A stretch of DNA of 64,000 nucleotides from an uncultured Gemmatimonadales bacterium (GTDB lineage: Bacteria; Gemmatimonadota; Gemmatimonadetes; Palauibacterales; Palauibacteraceae): NCBI GenBank assembly GCA_947259585.1, contig CAMYMV010000001.1:20135-84134 (forward strand), read 5' to 3'. Positions 55,243 through 64,000 of this stretch are shown piece after piece. The position numbers and the translations under genes were made by a program. Within the stretch, counting starts at the first letter, position 1. Every line of letters starts with the position of its first letter. The notes under the pieces were generated by a model, which saw nothing but the letters and a program-made list of their open reading frames with translations, did not search any database and was not told the DNA's origin.

Positions 55243-56586
55243 CTAAGCCGGGTAGAGCGCCGCCCCCCCCCGCAGCCTCGCCGAAACCTCTTCGGCTCCT
55301 GCCCCCAGAAGCTCCAGAAGCGGTCTCGGATCGGGCGCCAGCCGCTCTCCGAGCACGAAGACCCGGAACACCCTCGCGGCGTGATGAAGCGATCGGCTCA
55401 GGCGCGGCAGGTCGATCAGGCCTTCGGCGCCCTCCTCGGTGAGCCTCTGCACGTCACCGGTCCGGCGAACCAGCAGGATGTCCAGCTGTAGCATGTCCGG
55501 ATAGCTCGGGTAGTCGACGAACACGCTCCCCGCCGGTACCGACCACTCCTGGGCCAGCCGATCTTCCAGCCCGCGGACCAGATCCGATCTCTCCTGAAGC
55601 CAGGAGCCTATTCCCGCCGGGACGGCGTCGCCGAAAACCTCGACCGCGCGCTTCGGCAGGCGACGGTTCTCCAGACGGTCGACAAGCTTCCCGACCACGG
55701 CGGCGGCGCCGTCTCCGGGGATATCCGCCGCTCGCCGCGCGAGCAGGCCCAGCAGCTCCTCATCGGTTCTTCCAGGAAGCTCCTCGGGCTCGACGAGTCC
55801 AGCCGAGCCCGCCCGCTCTACCACCGACCTGAAGACGACCGAGGCGGCCCGGACGGCGTGGTGCCAATAGACGTTCCGGAACATCTGGTACTTGGAGAAG
55901 AGCAGTGATTCCAGCGCGCTCAGCCCTTTTTCAGAGACCGCTAGCTCCACCTCGAACCCGCTCCCCTGACTGGCCAACGTGAGCGCCTCGAGCAGCCGGT
56001 CCACATCCACGGTTCCGTACGGAACGCCGCAGAAGAAGCTGTCCCGCTGCAGGTAATCGACCTTGTCCAGGTCCAGGGATCCTGCGATCAGCCCTTGGAG
56101 CGGATGTGGAGAGGTACCCTGGATCAGCTCGGCGATGATCTCGGGCCCATCGGGATCCACGCCCCGAAGAGGGCCTCGAATCGGATCCGCCCCGAGGAAC
56201 AGGGAGGCCATCTGCTCGTGATGGCCGGGAATGGTGCCGGGACCGACCTCCTCCATCGCGTGCGAAAAGGCGTAATGACCGACGTCGTGCAGCAGGGCGG
56301 CGAGCGGGATGAGTGGCAGGCGCTGGCGATCGGTCTCGGAGAGCAGATCGAGGGAGCCGCTCCAGGCCAGGCTCGCGAGGGCCCGGCGCGTCAGCCCGTA
56401 GACGCCGATCGCATGATTGAAACGGGTGTGGACGGCGCCGGGGTAGACGAGGTGCGCGAACCCGAGTTGCTTGACCCTGCGCAGACGCTGGAACTGAGGC
56501 GTGTCGATGACCGCCGCCGCGGCCGCATCCAGCCGGACGTTGTTCCAGACCGGATCACGAACTACTCGGCCCGACGGCTTGCCCAT
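55243..56586 (-). CDS. HD-domain phosphohydrolase (dGTPase-like)
   Basis: HTRFNHAIGVYGL...LLHDVGHYAFSH is an HD motif. The start is taken at the internal ATG MGKPSGRVV at 56586; the 260-codon upstream extension in the track ORF is judged spurious. Confidence 0.75.
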   Translation of the reverse strand: MGKPSGRVVRDPVWNNVRLDAAAAAVIDTPQFQRLRRVKQLGFAHLVYPGAVHTRFNHAIGVYGLTRRALASLAWSGSLDLLSETDRQRLPLIPLAALLHDVGHYAFSHAMEEVGPGTIPGHHEQMASLFLGADPIRGPLRGVDPDGPEIIAELIQGTSPHPLQGLIAGSLDLDKVDYLQRDSFFCGVPYGTVDVDRLLEALTLASQGSGFEVELAVSEKGLSALESLLFSKYQMFRNVYWHHAVRAASVVFRSVVERAGSAGLVEPEELPGRTDEELLGLLARRAADIPGDGAAAVVGKLVDRLENRRLPKRAVEVFGDAVPAGIGSWLQERSDLVRGLEDRLAQEWSVPAGSVFVDYPSYPDMLQLDILLVRRTGDVQRLTEEGAEGLIDLPRLSRSLHHAARVFRVFVLGERLAPDPRPLLELLGAGAEEVSARLRGGAALYPA

Positions 56587-56730
56587 CGCTACCTCCCCGT
56601 GCAGCGGAGAAGATGCCCGGCTGATGCGGCGGCGGCAATCGGGCCTGCTTGACACGTTCGGCGAAGCTCCTGACTTTGACCCGACCCGATCCCTCAACGG
56701 CCTGTTTTCGGCCCCGATCCTGGAGGTACC

Positions 56731-57117
56731 GTGGAGATCAAGCCGGGCCGCATGGTCCATCTCGGCTACGGGAAGTTCTGGCGTTCCGACGAGATCGTCG
56801 GACTGCTCCCGATCGAGGACGGCCGAGGCCCCGGCCGCCGTACCGAGGTCTACGCCGCCACGGTCGGTGAGCCCATCGTCGCGTCGCGCTCCGAGCAGAC
56901 GATTCTTCAGGAGATGGCGACCCTGCCGGACGACGTCGCCCGGGCGACCGAGGCGCTCTCGGCGGCCGAGGATCTTCTCGACGCCATACAGGAGTTCAAC
57001 CCCGTCCTCAGGCGGATGCTGAAGAGCGAAGAGAGCTTCGACGTCGACTACTGGATACGGCGGCTCAAGGGACTCGCCGAGATGCCGGAAGAAGACGACC
57101 AGGAGGAGCTCTTCTAG
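56731..57117 (+). CDS. DUF370 (RemA/YlzA-like) family protein with acidic C-terminal tail
   Basis: MEIKPGRMVHLGYGKFWRSDEIVGLLPIED...GRRTEVYAATVGEPIVASRSEQTILQEM parallels the RemA pattern IKLINIGFGN...SIVSPES...[25 protein letters not shown]. Confidence 0.55.
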   Translation: MEIKPGRMVHLGYGKFWRSDEIVGLLPIEDGRGPGRRTEVYAATVGEPIVASRSEQTILQEMATLPDDVARATEALSAAEDLLDAIQEFNPVLRRMLKSEESFDVDYWIRRLKGLAEMPEEDDQEELF

Positions 57118-57187
57118 CAGACGGCGCTCGCTCGCCGGCTCGCTCAGCACCGGAACGCGCCGCTCCCCGGGCAGTATTCTCCCACAC

Positions 57188-59266
57188 ATGTCCGTGCTGA
57201 CGCGACGCGCTTCGCCGTTCCCGACCGTGGGCTTCATGGCTCCCGCATGCGCTCGACTTGCGGCCCTGTCCGTGCTGCTCGGGAGCCCACCCATCCTGGC
57301 GGCGCAGGATGTGGCCGAAACCACGCCCGAGTGGAACGACGACCGGTCGATGGAGATCGTCCGTGCGGCCATGCGGACCCGGCATCACACGTTCTCCGAC
57401 AGCTCTCTCAAGAACTTCGAGGTCGAGTCGGAGGGACACGTCTACCTGCTTACGGATATCGAGGGACAGGAGCGTCTGGTGCGGGCGGATCAGATCGCGC
57501 TTCGCATCATCTGGGAGGCGCCCAACAACATCTCTCAGACAATCGTAGGCCGGCGCTTCGATCAGAACCTGCCCTCGCGGATACGCTATCACGTGGACCA
57601 CCTGGCGATCACGGTCGATAACTTCGGAAACTCCATCCGCATGGGCGAGGGAGACGAAGTGGCTGGCGTGAGGCATCCGATCTGGCGCGGCGCCGAGCGC
57701 CACTACGACTACCGGCTCGTCGACTCCACGGAGGTCCGCTTCTCCGGGGGACGTGCGCGTGTCTACGAGGTCGACGTGCGTCCGGTTCGCTTCGATCGAC
57801 CCGGGTTGATCGGGACGCTCTACATCGACCGGGACACCTGGGCGATCGCTCGCATGTCATTCACCTTCACCCCGATTTCGTACCGGGATCCCCGGCTCAC
57901 CGGGCTGGACGTGGACATCGAGAACGCGCTCTGGGACGGCCGCTACTGGCTGCCCGTGCGGCAGGTGGTCGAGGTTAGGAGGTCCTCTCTCTGGCTCAGC
58001 TTTCCGATCAGCGCCACGATCCGCACCGAGCACCTGATCGGACCCTACCGGATCAACCTGGAGCGCGCCGGTCGGATCCCGCCGGGCGAGAAGATCGCCT
58101 CCGTGTCGCCGGAGCGTCTGAAGGCGTTCGACGAGTGGAGCACGGACCTGCTCGACGGGCCGGTCGAACAGGCCGACACGGCGGCGATCGACATGGAGAG
58201 GATCCGCACGAGGGCGAGGGAGATCGCGGGCCGTCGCGTCGTCCCCACCGGACGTTTCAGGGTATGGCTGCAGGGCATCTCCAGCTTCATCCGCAGCCGC
58301 CGGGCGGAAGGGTTCCTGCTCGGCGCGGGTGGCGAGTACTCCCTGCCGACCGGGAGCGCTCGTGCATGGGTCGGCTACCCGTTCGGCCATCAGCTGGCCG
58401 AGCTGACGGTCGAGTTGGACTTCGACCTGGGATCGAACCGGCTCCGGCTCGAAGGCTATCGGCAGCGGCTTACCGACATCGGGCCGATCCAGGCCGCTTC
58501 CGGCGTCACCTCGACCGCCTCGCTGGGGATCAACGGCGAGGATTTCACCGATCCCTACTTCCGCGACGGAGCGCGGGCGACGTTCTTCTTTCCCTGGGCC
58601 GATGGCAGGAGCTCCATCTCGGCCGGGTGGGAGCGGCAGGAGAGCGCCCTCCTCTCCACCGGCGTCGATGACGCGCGGCCGATCAGGCCGATCCGGGATG
58701 GCGACATGTGGAGCACGACGGCCTCGCTCCGTCCCCGATTGCCCGGCCTTCTGGGAGCGCGGGTCACGGGTCGCCTCGACGCCGAGGGCGGAATCCTCGA
58801 TGGCGACGGCTATGCCCGCTGGCTGTTCGGCGTCGAGCTCGACGGCCGGCGCCTGGGCTCGCCCTGGGGCTGGGAGGCAGAGATCGGGGGCGCTCTCGCC
58901 GCGGGCACTCTCCCGCCACAGCGGCTGGTGCTCCTCGGCGGGCGGGGTACGGTTCCCGGCTACACCTTCCGCGGCTGGGGCGGCGATCAGGCCTTCTTCG
59001 TGAGGCTCCTCGGTTCCCGGAAGGTGATCGGTCGGTGGCTGAACCTGCGGGCCTTCGCCACCGCGGGAACGGTGGGCGTCACTGCCGTCTCGGCGGGAGC
59101 CGCCGAGTTCTTCGGCGCCTCGGCCAGCGGCGGCCTGCGGCCGTCGCTCGGCGCCGGCATCGGGGTGGTGAACGACTTCTTGCGGGTGGACGTGGCCCGA
59201 GGCCTCGACGACGGCGTGTGGGAGTGGATGGTCTCCTTCAACAAGGATCTGTGGCCGATGATGTGA
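57188..59266 (+). CDS. large secreted hypothetical protein (about 690 aa)
   Basis: N-terminal signal-like MAPACARLAALSVLLGSPPILAAQD and a long ORF with protein-like composition. No family recognised. The antisense ORF 57857-59299 is rejected. Confidence 0.5.
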   Translation: MSVLTRRASPFPTVGFMAPACARLAALSVLLGSPPILAAQDVAETTPEWNDDRSMEIVRAAMRTRHHTFSDSSLKNFEVESEGHVYLLTDIEGQERLVRADQIALRIIWEAPNNISQTIVGRRFDQNLPSRIRYHVDHLAITVDNFGNSIRMGEGDEVAGVRHPIWRGAERHYDYRLVDSTEVRFSGGRARVYEVDVRPVRFDRPGLIGTLYIDRDTWAIARMSFTFTPISYRDPRLTGLDVDIENALWDGRYWLPVRQVVEVRRSSLWLSFPISATIRTEHLIGPYRINLERAGRIPPGEKIASVSPERLKAFDEWSTDLLDGPVEQADTAAIDMERIRTRAREIAGRRVVPTGRFRVWLQGISSFIRSRRAEGFLLGAGGEYSLPTGSARAWVGYPFGHQLAELTVELDFDLGSNRLRLEGYRQRLTDIGPIQAASGVTSTASLGINGEDFTDPYFRDGARATFFFPWADGRSSISAGWERQESALLSTGVDDARPIRPIRDGDMWSTTASLRPRLPGLLGARVTGRLDAEGGILDGDGYARWLFGVELDGRRLGSPWGWEAEIGGALAAGTLPPQRLVLLGGRGTVPGYTFRGWGGDQAFFVRLLGSRKVIGRWLNLRAFATAGTVGVTAVSAGAAEFFGASASGGLRPSLGAGIGVVNDFLRVDVARGLDDGVWEWMVSFNKDLWPMM

Positions 59267-59318
59267 GCCGGAACCCGCCCGGTGCGCCGGCTTCGTCACA
59301 CCGGCGCCGTCCTTTCTT

Positions 59319-61211
59319 CTAGCGGAGCACCTTCAGATCCAGATAGGTGGCGCGGTCGGGCGAGTGATACACCCGCTGGGTCGCCTCGATGAAGTCCTCC
59401 TCCGTCGCGTTGAAGATGTTGGGTACGTAGCTCTGCGGGTTCCGGTCGATGAGCGGGAACCAGGTGCTCTGGATCTGCACCATGACCCGGTGGCCCTTCT
59501 TGAAGGTGTGGAACACGTCCTGCAGCGGCAGCCGCACCGTCGTCGGCTCGCCGGGCACGAACGGATCGGGGTGCTCGTAGCTGTTCCGGAACCTCCCGCG
59601 GATCACCTCGCTGCGCACCATCATCTCGTAGCCGCTGAGCTCCACCCCCTCCGGCGTGTGCTCGTGGTTCGGCTCGTCGTCCGGGTAGACGTCGATGAGC
59701 TTGACGATCCAGTCGGAGGCGGTCCCGGTGGTCGAGACCTCGAGGTGGGCGATGATGTCGCCGGCCAGCGTCAGGTCCTCATCCAGCACGTCCGTCTGGA
59801 ACTCGATCACATCGGGGCGGCGGCTCGCGAACCGCTGGTCCTCGTTCATGTAGCGGCGGGGGGTGAACACGACGCGGATGGCATCGGTGTACGGAACGGG
59901 CTCGTTCGGGTCGCTGACGTACTCCGTGTGCCCGGGCTCGCTCGCGACGGGCGGCCCGGCGGACAGGTCGCCTCCGCCGCGCAGGTACAGCCGCTCCGCG
60001 CGGGCAGCCGCAGGCGGCCAGGCGTCGAACTCCTTCCACTCGTTCCGGCCCGTGTCGAAGACCAGTGCCTCGAACTCAGGGGGCTCCCCCTCCCCCTTCA
60101 GGAAGTGGCGGAAGAAGGGGGCCTCCACCTCCCGCTGGTACCAGCCGGAGATGTCCTCGCCGAAGTAGATGTCGCCGACCATGTGCGGCGCGCGGGCGCG
60201 TGACCAGCCGCCGTGGGTCCACGGACCCATGACGAGGACGTTGAAGGCATCGGGGCTCTCTCGCTCGAGGGTGCGGTAGATGTTGAGCGGGCCGTACAGA
60301 TCCTCGGCGTCGTACCAGCCGCCGACCGTCATCACGGCGTGGCCCACCCCTTCGAGGTGAGGGAGGATGTTCCGCCGCTGCCAGAATTCGTCGTAGTTCG
60401 GGTGCTCCACGATCTGGCGCCAGAAGAAGTTGTCCTCGCCGTACGAGTCGGAGAGCCGGTCGAATCCCATGTAGAACTTGTAGCCGTCGCGCGTGGGAGG
60501 CCGCTGCATCGGGAACCAGCTGTCCGTCGTCGGCTCCGTCTTCTGGTAGCCGAACACCGGCGTGATCAGCCAGTAGCTCAGCAGGTATGCGCCGTGGTGG
60601 TGGAAGTCGTCGAAGAAGAAATCGGCGATCGGCGCCTGCGGGGAGGACGCGACGAGGGCGGGGTGCGCCTCGGGAAGAGCGGCGGCCGCGTAGAAACCCG
60701 GGTAGGAGATCCCCCACATCCCGACCTTGCCGTTGTTCCGCGGCACGTTGGCGAGCAGCCACTCTATCGTGTCGTACGTGTCGGAGCTCTCGTCGATCGT
60801 CGAATCCCCTGCTACGTGAGGCCGCATGTTGTCGTACTGCCCTTCCGACATGTAGCGACCCCGCACGTCCTGGCAGGCGAAGATGTAGCCCTCCTCCTCC
60901 ATGAGCCGTGAGGGACCGATCCGCCTCGGAAAGCCGTTCGTTCCATAGGGACCGCAGCTGTACGGGGTCCGGCGCAACAGGATCGGGTACTCGCGCGTCG
61001 TGTCCCGCGGCAGGAAGACGGCCGTGTGAAGCTCGACCCCGTCCCGGACCTCGATCCGGTATTCCCGCTTCTCGTATGCCGCGGCGTGGTCGACCGACTC
61101 GAGATCGGCGGTGGATGGCTCCCGGGCCGCAGGCTCGGCGCTGCAGCCGGCGCCGAGAACGAGGCAGAGGATTCCGAGCCACCCGGGCACTGCCGACGCT
61201 GTCCTCTTCAT
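59319..61211 (-). CDS. CocE/NonD-family hydrolase (Xaa-Pro dipeptidyl-peptidase, S15), lipoprotein
   Basis: Lipobox LVLGAGC at the N-terminus, the GISYPGFYAAAAL (GxSYxG nucleophile elbow) motif, and a C-terminal beta-sandwich domain. Confidence 0.8.
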   Translation of the reverse strand: MKRTASAVPGWLGILCLVLGAGCSAEPAAREPSTADLESVDHAAAYEKREYRIEVRDGVELHTAVFLPRDTTREYPILLRRTPYSCGPYGTNGFPRRIGPSRLMEEEGYIFACQDVRGRYMSEGQYDNMRPHVAGDSTIDESSDTYDTIEWLLANVPRNNGKVGMWGISYPGFYAAAALPEAHPALVASSPQAPIADFFFDDFHHHGAYLLSYWLITPVFGYQKTEPTTDSWFPMQRPPTRDGYKFYMGFDRLSDSYGEDNFFWRQIVEHPNYDEFWQRRNILPHLEGVGHAVMTVGGWYDAEDLYGPLNIYRTLERESPDAFNVLVMGPWTHGGWSRARAPHMVGDIYFGEDISGWYQREVEAPFFRHFLKGEGEPPEFEALVFDTGRNEWKEFDAWPPAAARAERLYLRGGGDLSAGPPVASEPGHTEYVSDPNEPVPYTDAIRVVFTPRRYMNEDQRFASRRPDVIEFQTDVLDEDLTLAGDIIAHLEVSTTGTASDWIVKLIDVYPDDEPNHEHTPEGVELSGYEMMVRSEVIRGRFRNSYEHPDPFVPGEPTTVRLPLQDVFHTFKKGHRVMVQIQSTWFPLIDRNPQSYVPNIFNATEEDFIEATQRVYHSPDRATYLDLKVLR

Positions 61212-61226
61212 CTCGCGCACCCCGTA

Positions 61227-62513
61227 TCAGAACCTGTCGGCCCGCATCGCGCCCAGGTCCATCGATGGCTTGCCGTCGAGGATCCACTCGGCGACGAGCT
61301 GGCCGGTGACCGGACCCAGCGTCAGCCCCAGCATCGCGTGGCCTGTCGCGAGGTAGAGTCCCTCGGGAGCGGACAGCGGCCCGACGATCGGCAGCCCGTC
61401 GGGCGTGCAGGGGCGAAGGCCACACCACTCGGAGGTGGACTCGACATCTCCGACGCCCTCGAGGAAGCTGTCCGCCGCTTTCGTGAGCTGGGCTATTCGA
61501 GCCCCACGAATCTCGTGGTTGACTCCGGAGAACTCCATGGTGCCGGCGAAGCGTACAAACCCGTCCATAGGAGAGCAGAGCACGTAGTATTCGCGCAGAA
61601 TACACGCGATGTTCAGCGGTGGCGCGCCTCCGGTCGCCGGATCGCGGTCCCGGTGGTAACCCTTGCCGGCCTGGACCGGCAACCGGCACCCGAACCTCAT
61701 CGCCAGGTCCAGGCTGTAGGCACCCGTGGCCAGGACCACGCGGTCGCCCTCCCGGATCTCCCCATCCCGCGTCCGCACGCCAGTCACCCGACCCTCCTGC
61801 GTCAAAACCTCTACGGCCTCGGAGCCCGTAACGACCTCTCCACCGTAGCCCCGGATCCGCCCGGCCAGCTCCTGAACGAAGCGGAGCGGATTACAGGTTG
61901 CCGCCTCCGGATAGAAGGCGCCGCCGAGGAGACCGCTCTTGAGGGCCGGCTCGCGCTCCCGCAGCGCCTCCGGCGGAAGGAACTCCGTCCGAAAACCCGC
62001 CGCCCGCGCCATCGCCGCCTCAGCCTCCACCTCTTCCCGCCCCTGCTCCGTTCGGAAGATCTCGTAGTACCCGCCTGGCCTGTAGTCGCAGTCGAGCTCC
62101 TCCTCCTCCACCAGCCGCTCGAACAGCGGCCCGGTGGCGTGACCGAGGGGCCCGAGAACGCGCATGTTCGCCTCCAGCCGCTCCTGCGTGGAGTTGGAGC
62201 GGAAGTCCCTCAGCCACTTCACTAGGCCCGGGTCCCACCTGGCCGGGATGTAGAGCGGGCTTACGGGGTCCACGAGCCACCTGACCGCCTTCCTGAGGGC
62301 CACCGGACGGTTCATGGGCGGGTGGCCGGGCGAGATCGTGCCGGCGTTGCCGAAGGACGCGCCGCTGCCGATCTCGTCCTTCTCCAGCACCGTCACGGGC
62401 GATCCGCGCCTGGCGAGGAAATAGGCGCAGCACACGCCGATCACGCCCCCGCCGACGACGATCGTACGCTCCTTCAAACGCTCACTCCCCCTTGCACGAG
62501 TACCAACTGTCAC
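61227..62513 (-). CDS. FAD-dependent oxidoreductase (D-amino-acid dehydrogenase/DadA-like)
   Basis: IVVGGGVIGVCCAYFLARRGSPVTVLEKDE is a Rossmann GxGxxG motif with DAO-family layout. The start may be later than the track start, since it overlaps the polA 3' end by 32 bp. Confidence 0.75.
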   Translation of the reverse strand: MTVGTRARGSERLKERTIVVGGGVIGVCCAYFLARRGSPVTVLEKDEIGSGASFGNAGTISPGHPPMNRPVALRKAVRWLVDPVSPLYIPARWDPGLVKWLRDFRSNSTQERLEANMRVLGPLGHATGPLFERLVEEEELDCDYRPGGYYEIFRTEQGREEVEAEAAMARAAGFRTEFLPPEALREREPALKSGLLGGAFYPEAATCNPLRFVQELAGRIRGYGGEVVTGSEAVEVLTQEGRVTGVRTRDGEIREGDRVVLATGAYSLDLAMRFGCRLPVQAGKGYHRDRDPATGGAPPLNIACILREYYVLCSPMDGFVRFAGTMEFSGVNHEIRGARIAQLTKAADSFLEGVGDVESTSEWCGLRPCTPDGLPIVGPLSAPEGLYLATGHAMLGLTLGPVTGQLVAEWILDGKPSMDLGAMRADRF

Positions 62514-64000
62514 CGATGCCGATATCGACCTTGAGAGGGACGTCCAGATCGGCCGCGCTCTCCATCTCCTCCGTCACGACCCGCGCGATCTCCTCCGTGA
62601 GGTCCGAGCGAACCTCGAACAGCAGCTCGTCGTGCACCTGGAGGAGCATGCGCGCCGCACCCTCGTGGTCGGAAAGCAGGCGCTGGTGAAGGCGGATCAT
62701 CGCCATCTTGATGAGGTCGGCCGCCGTGCCCTGGATCGGCGAGTTCGTCGCGGTGCGCTCCCCGTAGCCACGCACGCCGGGGTTCTTCGCGCGGACCTCC
62801 GGAATGTATCGCCGCCGGCCGTTCAGCGTCTCCACGTAGCCCTGCGTGCGGGCGCGCTCCTTCATCTCCTCGAGGTAGTCGCGCACACCGCTGAAGCGCT
62901 CGAAGTAGGCGTCGATGAACTCGCGCGCCTCCGTGCGGCCTATTCCCAGCTGAGCCGCCAGCGCCACCGGTCCCTGTCCGTAGATCGTGGCGAAGTTGAT
63001 CGTCTTCGCCCTACCTCTCATCTCCGGCGTCACCGCGGCGGACTCCACTCCGAAGATCAGGGCCGCCGTCTCGCGGTGGATGTCCCGATCCTCGCTGAAC
63101 GCTCGCACGAACGCGGGATCGGCCGAGAGATGGGCCATCACCCGGAGCTCGATCTGCGAGTAGTCCGCACCGACGAAGAGCCAGCCGTCCTCCGGCACGA
63201 ATCCCTTCCGGATCTCGCGACCAAGCGTGCTCCGGATCGGGATGTTCTGCAGGTTCGGATCGTAGGAAGCGAGGCGGCCGGTGGTCGCGACGACCTGGCT
63301 GAAGTTGGTGTGGAGTCGCCCGGTCTCGGGATCGACCAGTTGAGGCAGCTTGGAGACGTAGGTGCCATCCAGCTTGTCCAGCTCCCGATGCTCGACGATC
63401 AACCGGGGGATCTCGTGGCCCTGCTCGGCCAGGGCCATGAGGACGCTCTCGTCGGTGGAAGGACCCGTCTTCGTGCGCTTCAGGACCGGCAGCTCGAGTC
63501 TGTCGAACAGGAACTCCCTGAGCTGCGGGACCGATCGGAGGTTCACCTCCTCGCCCGCGATCTTGAAGATCTCCTCCCGGATCAGGTCGATGTCCCGGCG
63601 CAGCTTGCTGGAGAGCGCCTCGAAGAACGGCGGGTCGATGAGTATCCCCTCGCTCTCCATCGCTGCCAGAACGGGAACCAGGGGAATCTCGATCGTCTCG
63701 CAGAGCTCGAGCATCTCGTGCAGTCGGAGGTCTTCTTCCAGGACATCCGCCAGCCGAAGCGCGTAGTCCGCTTCCTCTGCGGCCGCCGGTCCGAGCTCCT
63801 CCACCGGCGACTCGGCGAGGTCCGCCCCGGCCCGCCGGCCACCGGAGGTCAGCGTGTGGCCGAATCGCTCCATGACCAGGAGGTCCAGGTCGTGTTGGCG
63901 CTTGCCCGGATCCAGGCAGTAGGAGGCCAGCGAGGTGTCCATGGCGAGCCCATCGGGCGGCGCTCCCGCTCGCTCCAGGAGGTGGAGGGCGTACTTGAGG
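62482..64000 (-). CDS. polA: DNA polymerase I, C-terminal polymerase domain (gene continues beyond window end)
   Basis: The frame stays open through the window edge (…LKYALHLLERAGAPPDGLAMDTSLASYCLDP, compare E. coli PolI …FDTMLESYILNS). Motifs A (LVGADYSQIELR), B (RRRAKTINFATIYG) and C (LLQVHDELLFE) of family A polymerases are present. Confidence 0.9.
   Translation of the reverse strand, partial: LKYALHLLERAGAPPDGLAMDTSLASYCLDPGKRQHDLDLLVMERFGHTLTSGGRRAGADLAESPVEELGPAAAEEADYALRLADVLEEDLRLHEMLELCETIEIPLVPVLAAMESEGILIDPPFFEALSSKLRRDIDLIREEIFKIAGEEVNLRSVPQLREFLFDRLELPVLKRTKTGPSTDESVLMALAEQGHEIPRLIVEHRELDKLDGTYVSKLPQLVDPETGRLHTNFSQVVATTGRLASYDPNLQNIPIRSTLGREIRKGFVPEDGWLFVGADYSQIELRVMAHLSADPAFVRAFSEDRDIHRETAALIFGVESAAVTPEMRGRAKTINFATIYGQGPVALAAQLGIGRTEAREFIDAYFERFSGVRDYLEEMKERARTQGYVETLNGRRRYIPEVRAKNPGVRGYGERTATNSPIQGTAADLIKMAMIRLHQRLLSDHEGAARMLLQVHDELLFEVRSDLTEEIARVVTEEMESAADLDVPLKVDIGIGDSWYSCKGE

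Noticed and set aside
55243-57372. 709-aa version of the HD-domain gene
   Set aside because: The N-terminal 262 codons would run through the divergent DUF370 gene and its promoter. The HD-protein N-terminus (MGKPSGRVVRDPVWNNVRLD...) begins at the internal ATG at 56586.
57857-59299. 480-aa minus-strand ORF antisense to 57188-59266
   Set aside because: Its composition (runs of R, G, P, A) is characteristic of antisense frames in GC-rich genes. The plus-strand frame has a signal peptide and protein-like composition.
1-64000. CRISPR arrays, insertion sequences, integrases, phage genes
   Set aside because: No regularly spaced short direct repeats and no transposase or integrase-like ORFs are present. 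The only tandem repeats are inside coding sequences: the tatA tail and the lipoprotein acidic block.

Overview
High-GC (roughly 68-70%) bacterial chromosomal segment, apparently from a diderm organism (Omp85-family barrel, Tat component, many lipobox signal peptides). Coding is dense on both strands and adjacent genes often overlap by GTGA/ATGA/TTGA. The content is mostly housekeeping.

Main gene sets, in window order:
- cphB-cphA (cyanophycinase / cyanophycin synthetase, partial at the window start) plus a secreted M20 peptidase and an NSS-family Na+ symporter.
- An operon MTase - Zn-ADH - glpD - lipoprotein.
- A long suf Fe-S cluster operon: sufC-sufB-sufD-Rieske-sufS-sufU, running on into rsgA, a Nudix hydrolase and an SDR epimerase.
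- An Nfu-type scaffold, class III and class V (kynureninase-like) aminotransferases, Lon, a HAD hydrolase, two divergent 6-phosphofructokinases, ATP-PEP carboxykinase, and CoxS/CoxL-type molybdoenzyme genes with the FAD subunit about 9 kb away.
- tatA, an HNH nuclease, priA, and a HDAC-like / M24 peptidase / dipeptide-epimerase operon.
- A sigma-70-family factor downstream of a radical SAM plus metallophosphoesterase pair; PP2C phosphatase, HD-domain hydrolase, DUF370, an S15 peptidase, a DadA-like oxidoreductase and the 3' part of polA.

No rRNA, tRNA, CRISPR array or mobile element was recognised.

Most notable observations:
1. An apparently unannotated selenocysteine-containing ArsC/Spx-family gene. 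Its in-frame TGA aligns exactly with the first Cys of the CxxC redox motif, and it lies between pckA and a cupin gene.
2. A Fur-box-like 7-1-7 palindrome plus tandem 22-bp direct repeats upstream of the suf operon.
3. A translationally coupled Omp85-family barrel plus large acidic-repeat lipoprotein pair.
4. A radical SAM (Cys-rich C-terminus) - metallophosphoesterase - sigma factor cluster.
5. A TatA with a long repeat-containing acidic tail.

All calls rest on reading the six-frame translations and recalled family motifs; no database search was run. Start coordinates I derived by hand may be off by a codon.
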